64,000 nucleotides of DNA, taken from positions 1,929 to 65,928 of the forward strand of contig JAGYJD010000007.1 of assembly GCA_018402365.1 (NCBI GenBank). The letters run 5' to 3'. Origin of the DNA: Candidatus Nanopelagicales bacterium. Its GTDB lineage: Bacteria > Actinomycetota > Actinomycetes > S36-B12 > UBA5976. This document shows positions 61,360 to 64,000 of the stretch, one piece after another; position 1 is the first letter of the stretch; every line of letters begins with the position of its first letter. The position numbers and the translations under genes were made by a program. The notes under the pieces are model-generated. The model did no database searches. It was not told the origin of the DNA and worked only from the letters and a program-made list of their open reading frames with translations.

Positions 61360-62031
61360 TTGCATATTCCAGATGGATTTATAAATGTTCGACATCTCTA
61401 ATTTTTAAGGTTTTTAACCATCCTTTGACGTTCTTCCTTGAAGCGGCAAAAGCTCAGCTCGATGACCGGTGGCCCTCATGGCTGGGCTGGTCGCGTGGTC
61501 TTTATTTTTACAGGTGATGATTAACTTTCTCCGGTGGCGGCCGGTACCAGCGGCCACTTGATCGGTGCCGCTATTGCCGCAGTTTTGATAGGTCCGTGGG
61601 CGGCAAACTTCCTTTAGCTTTAACTATCGTGCTAGCGGTAAGCTTTATTTTTGCAGATGGTGGCTGATTGCGCTTAGGCTAAATGTTTTCAATTTAGCAT
61701 TCGTGGCGGTTTTTGTAGCCTGGGGAATTTTTCTACTTTTGAAGTTAGTGGTTACCTCGCACTAAAACAGATTACTTATTGCTACTGGAGTTAGTGGTTT
61801 CTATGTCCCTATTAGTGTTTTGGCCTTTAGTTTGCAGTTTGCTTTGGGCGGTACCGAGGCAATTAGTGCAATACCGTAACAGCAAGAATGGTTTCAGTGC
61901 ATTTATTCATCGGTATAGGTGAGCCATAATTTCTGTTTTAACAGTTTCTTCAGTAGTAGCGGTAATGTGCCCAGATTTAGTGTTTGCGTGAAGCATTATC
62001 TACCTTTGACTATGAGTGGGGGCAAAAATGA
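61360..62031 (+). CDS. ECF transporter S component NikM/CbiM; frameshifted in low-quality sequence
   Basis: Start (M)HIPDGFIN; fragments PVAAGTSGHLIGA, FADGG, HLFIGIGE and PDLV. Confidence 0.8.
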
Positions 62032-62315
62032 AAAAAATCTACTTTTGTTTTAGTTGGATTAGTAGTTTCACTTTCTTTGCAGGAATTATTAGTAATTTTG
62101 CCAGCGGTAGTCCGGACGGCCTCGGCGGGCAGAGGATACTGGATTTATTGAAACCGCTGAAGATAGTGCAGTGGCACACCGCCACTGGCAGATTATGGAG
62201 TTTCATAGAAAATGACTTTATCAACCGGCCTATCTGGCGTAATCGGTGTATGGTAACAGCATTGATAGCTTTTGGGCTGATGTTTATTATTTTTAAAACC
62301 AAAGCAAAAACCTAA
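62028..62315 (+). CDS. PDGLE-domain (NikN-like) component; error-rich
   Basis: FASGSPDGL motif flanked by TM segments. Confidence 0.65.
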   Translation: MKKIYFCFSWISSFTFFAGIISNFASGSPDGLGGQRILDLLKPLKIVQWHTATGRLWSFIENDFINRPIWRNRCMVTALIAFGLMFIIFKTKAKT

Positions 62316-63084
62316 GTGGGGCAAGGCCATTCTCATGGCGTTGATGCTCTACGTTCAAGGGCAGACCAGGAATCCACAAGCTGGCGGCTCATTTAAAATT
62401 GTTGCAAATTTTTAGTTTTGTTTTCGTTAGTGGTATTAACCCCCACAACTTGGTTTTTGGCATTTGGGATTTATGCACCAATTGTGATTGGTCTATTAAT
62501 TCTTATATAAGTGTTCCCTGGAATATCAGAGAACTCGACTCTTGCTCGAAATCCCTTTGTACTTTTTGCTCTATTTTTGCCCTTGAATTGGGCCAAAATT
62601 GACTTTGGGTCTCTCTGCTTTCTGAAGCAGGCCTACTTCTGTTGGTTGGAACATTTGGCAAAAGCAACTTTGGGGAGTCTTGAATTACAGTAGTGCTTCA
62701 AGCACCACCAAACCTAAAGATTTATTGCTAGGCCTTGAAAAACTTCGTGTTCCAACTCTTTTGGTTCAAATTGCAAGTTTCATGATTCGCTACACCGTGG
62801 TGGTAGCCGAAGAACTCAGAAGAATGTCGGTAGCGAGAGAATCGAGATGTTTTGAAGCTAAGGGCCCTAAGAGTTGGGCAGTTTTAGCAAAGGGTCTAGG
62901 TGCTTTGTTCATACGGAGTTATGAACGTGGCGAACGAGTTCATTTGGCAATGCTCTCTCGCGGTTATTCTGGGAGGATTCCACTAACTCAAACGGTCACA
63001 GTTAGTGCTAAAGATTGGGCTGTTGCTTTAACGCTACCAGTGAGCGCTGGAATCGTTTTACTTTTTGGAGGTTTTTGGTATTGA
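62316..63084 (+). CDS. ECF transporter T component CbiQ/NikQ; 5' half frameshifted
   Basis: GQGHSH start; FMIRY, ARESR.F and LFIRSYERGERVHLAMLSRGY motifs. Confidence 0.85.
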
Positions 63085-63830
63085 GTAAGTATGCGTTATC
63101 ACTCAAAGATTTGGCGTTTGCCTATCCAGATGGTCACCAAGCGTTATTTGGGGTGAATTTAGATATTGAATTTAATACTCGCCTCGCGTTGCTTGGCCCA
63201 AATGGTGCTGGTAAAACCACCTTGGTTTTACATCTAAATGGAATTTTAGAAACTGTTTCAGGCTCAGTTGAGGTAGCTGGTATTAAGGTTATTAAAGAAA
63301 ATCTAAAAGAGGTTAGGCGAAGAGTTGGCATTGTATTTCAAGATCCAGATGATCAACTGTTCATGCCAACAGTTTTTGATGACGTTGCTTTCGGACCACT
63401 TAATTTGGGCTTCACGGCTAATGAAGTTAAAGAAAAGGTAGAGGCCGCCTTAACAAAAGTAAAGATGCAGGATTTTGCTGATCGTCCTCCCCACCATCTA
63501 TCTTTTGGTCAACGCAGACGGGTAGCGGTAGCAACTGTGTTAGCGATGGAACCAGATATTTTGGTACTCGATGAACCAAGTAGTAATTTAGATCCAGCGA
63601 GTCGCCGAGAACTGTCAGAAATTTTATTGAGTTTGGATGTGACAATAATGATGGTGACGCATGATATTCCTTACGCTTTAGAAATCTGTCCTGAGTCAGC
63701 AATTTTGAACGACGGAAAAATTGTGGCACGGGGCACTACCAGAGAATTATTGTCAGATGAAAATCTTATGAAAGCCAACCGGCTAGAGTTACCATTTGGT
63801 ATGCACTTGGACCATATTCCCCACAAATAA
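63081..63830 (+). CDS. ECF transporter ATPase CbiO/NikO
   Basis: GPNGAGKTT, VFQDPDDQLF.PTV, LSFGQRRR and LDEP motifs. Confidence 0.92.
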   Translation: MSKYALSLKDLAFAYPDGHQALFGVNLDIEFNTRLALLGPNGAGKTTLVLHLNGILETVSGSVEVAGIKVIKENLKEVRRRVGIVFQDPDDQLFMPTVFDDVAFGPLNLGFTANEVKEKVEAALTKVKMQDFADRPPHHLSFGQRRRVAVATVLAMEPDILVLDEPSSNLDPASRRELSEILLSLDVTIMMVTHDIPYALEICPESAILNDGKIVARGTTRELLSDENLMKANRLELPFGMHLDHIPHK

Positions 63831-63831
63831 G

Positions 63832-64000
63832 ATGACTACTAGTTACCAAAAAATTGCCGCCGCAATAATTCGCTTTCAGTCGCTAGGAATTTTGGCTTTT
63901 GCCTCGGTAACGCTTTATGGAGCGTTAACAACTAGAGAGATTGACAACTGGACTACGTTGGTTTTAGAAATTTTTATCTATGCCGTTTTTGTAATTTTGA
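63832..64000 (+). CDS. Hypothetical membrane protein, partial
   Basis: ATG 1 nt after the cbiO stop; open hydrophobic frame MTTSYQKIAAAIIRFQSLGILAFASV... to the window end. Confidence 0.5.
   Translation, partial: MTTSYQKIAAAIIRFQSLGILAFASVTLYGALTTREIDNWTTLVLEIFIYAVFVIL

Overview
Core-chromosome segment of a low-GC (roughly 40% by eye), strongly streamlined actinobacterium. The mycothiol genes mshA/mshD, glnR, senX3-regX3, carD, whiB1 and sigH-rshA, plus Streptomyces/Mycobacterium-like gene order, point to a freshwater Nanopelagicales-like lineage (inference). About 65 housekeeping CDSs and 5 tRNAs are packed almost without spacers. I saw no CRISPR array, integrase, transposase or prophage. 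Three stretches (about 13.4-16.95 kb, 28.8-30.5 kb and 60.8-62.7 kb) have dense indels through normally essential genes (cysS, rlmB, tRNA-Thr, groEL, whiB1) and are best read as unpolished long-read error, not pseudogenes. Five observations stand out. (1) A compact module at 22.3-23.0 kb: a palindromic bidirectional leaderless promoter, a 26-aa membrane microprotein missing from the ORF track, a convergent XRE regulator and a perfect 22-bp inverted repeat. (2) An XPB helicase operon whose partner repeats the XPB N-terminal fold (TFIIH p52-like) and ends in a WYL domain. (3) A Nur nickel regulator, with a Nur-like box ahead of a NikMNQO-type transporter. (4) Candidate structured leaders ahead of an NlpC/P60 gene and rplY. 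(5) A stand-alone histone H1-like protein. Leaderless gene starts are pervasive. All family assignments come from motif recognition and recalled synteny, not database searches.
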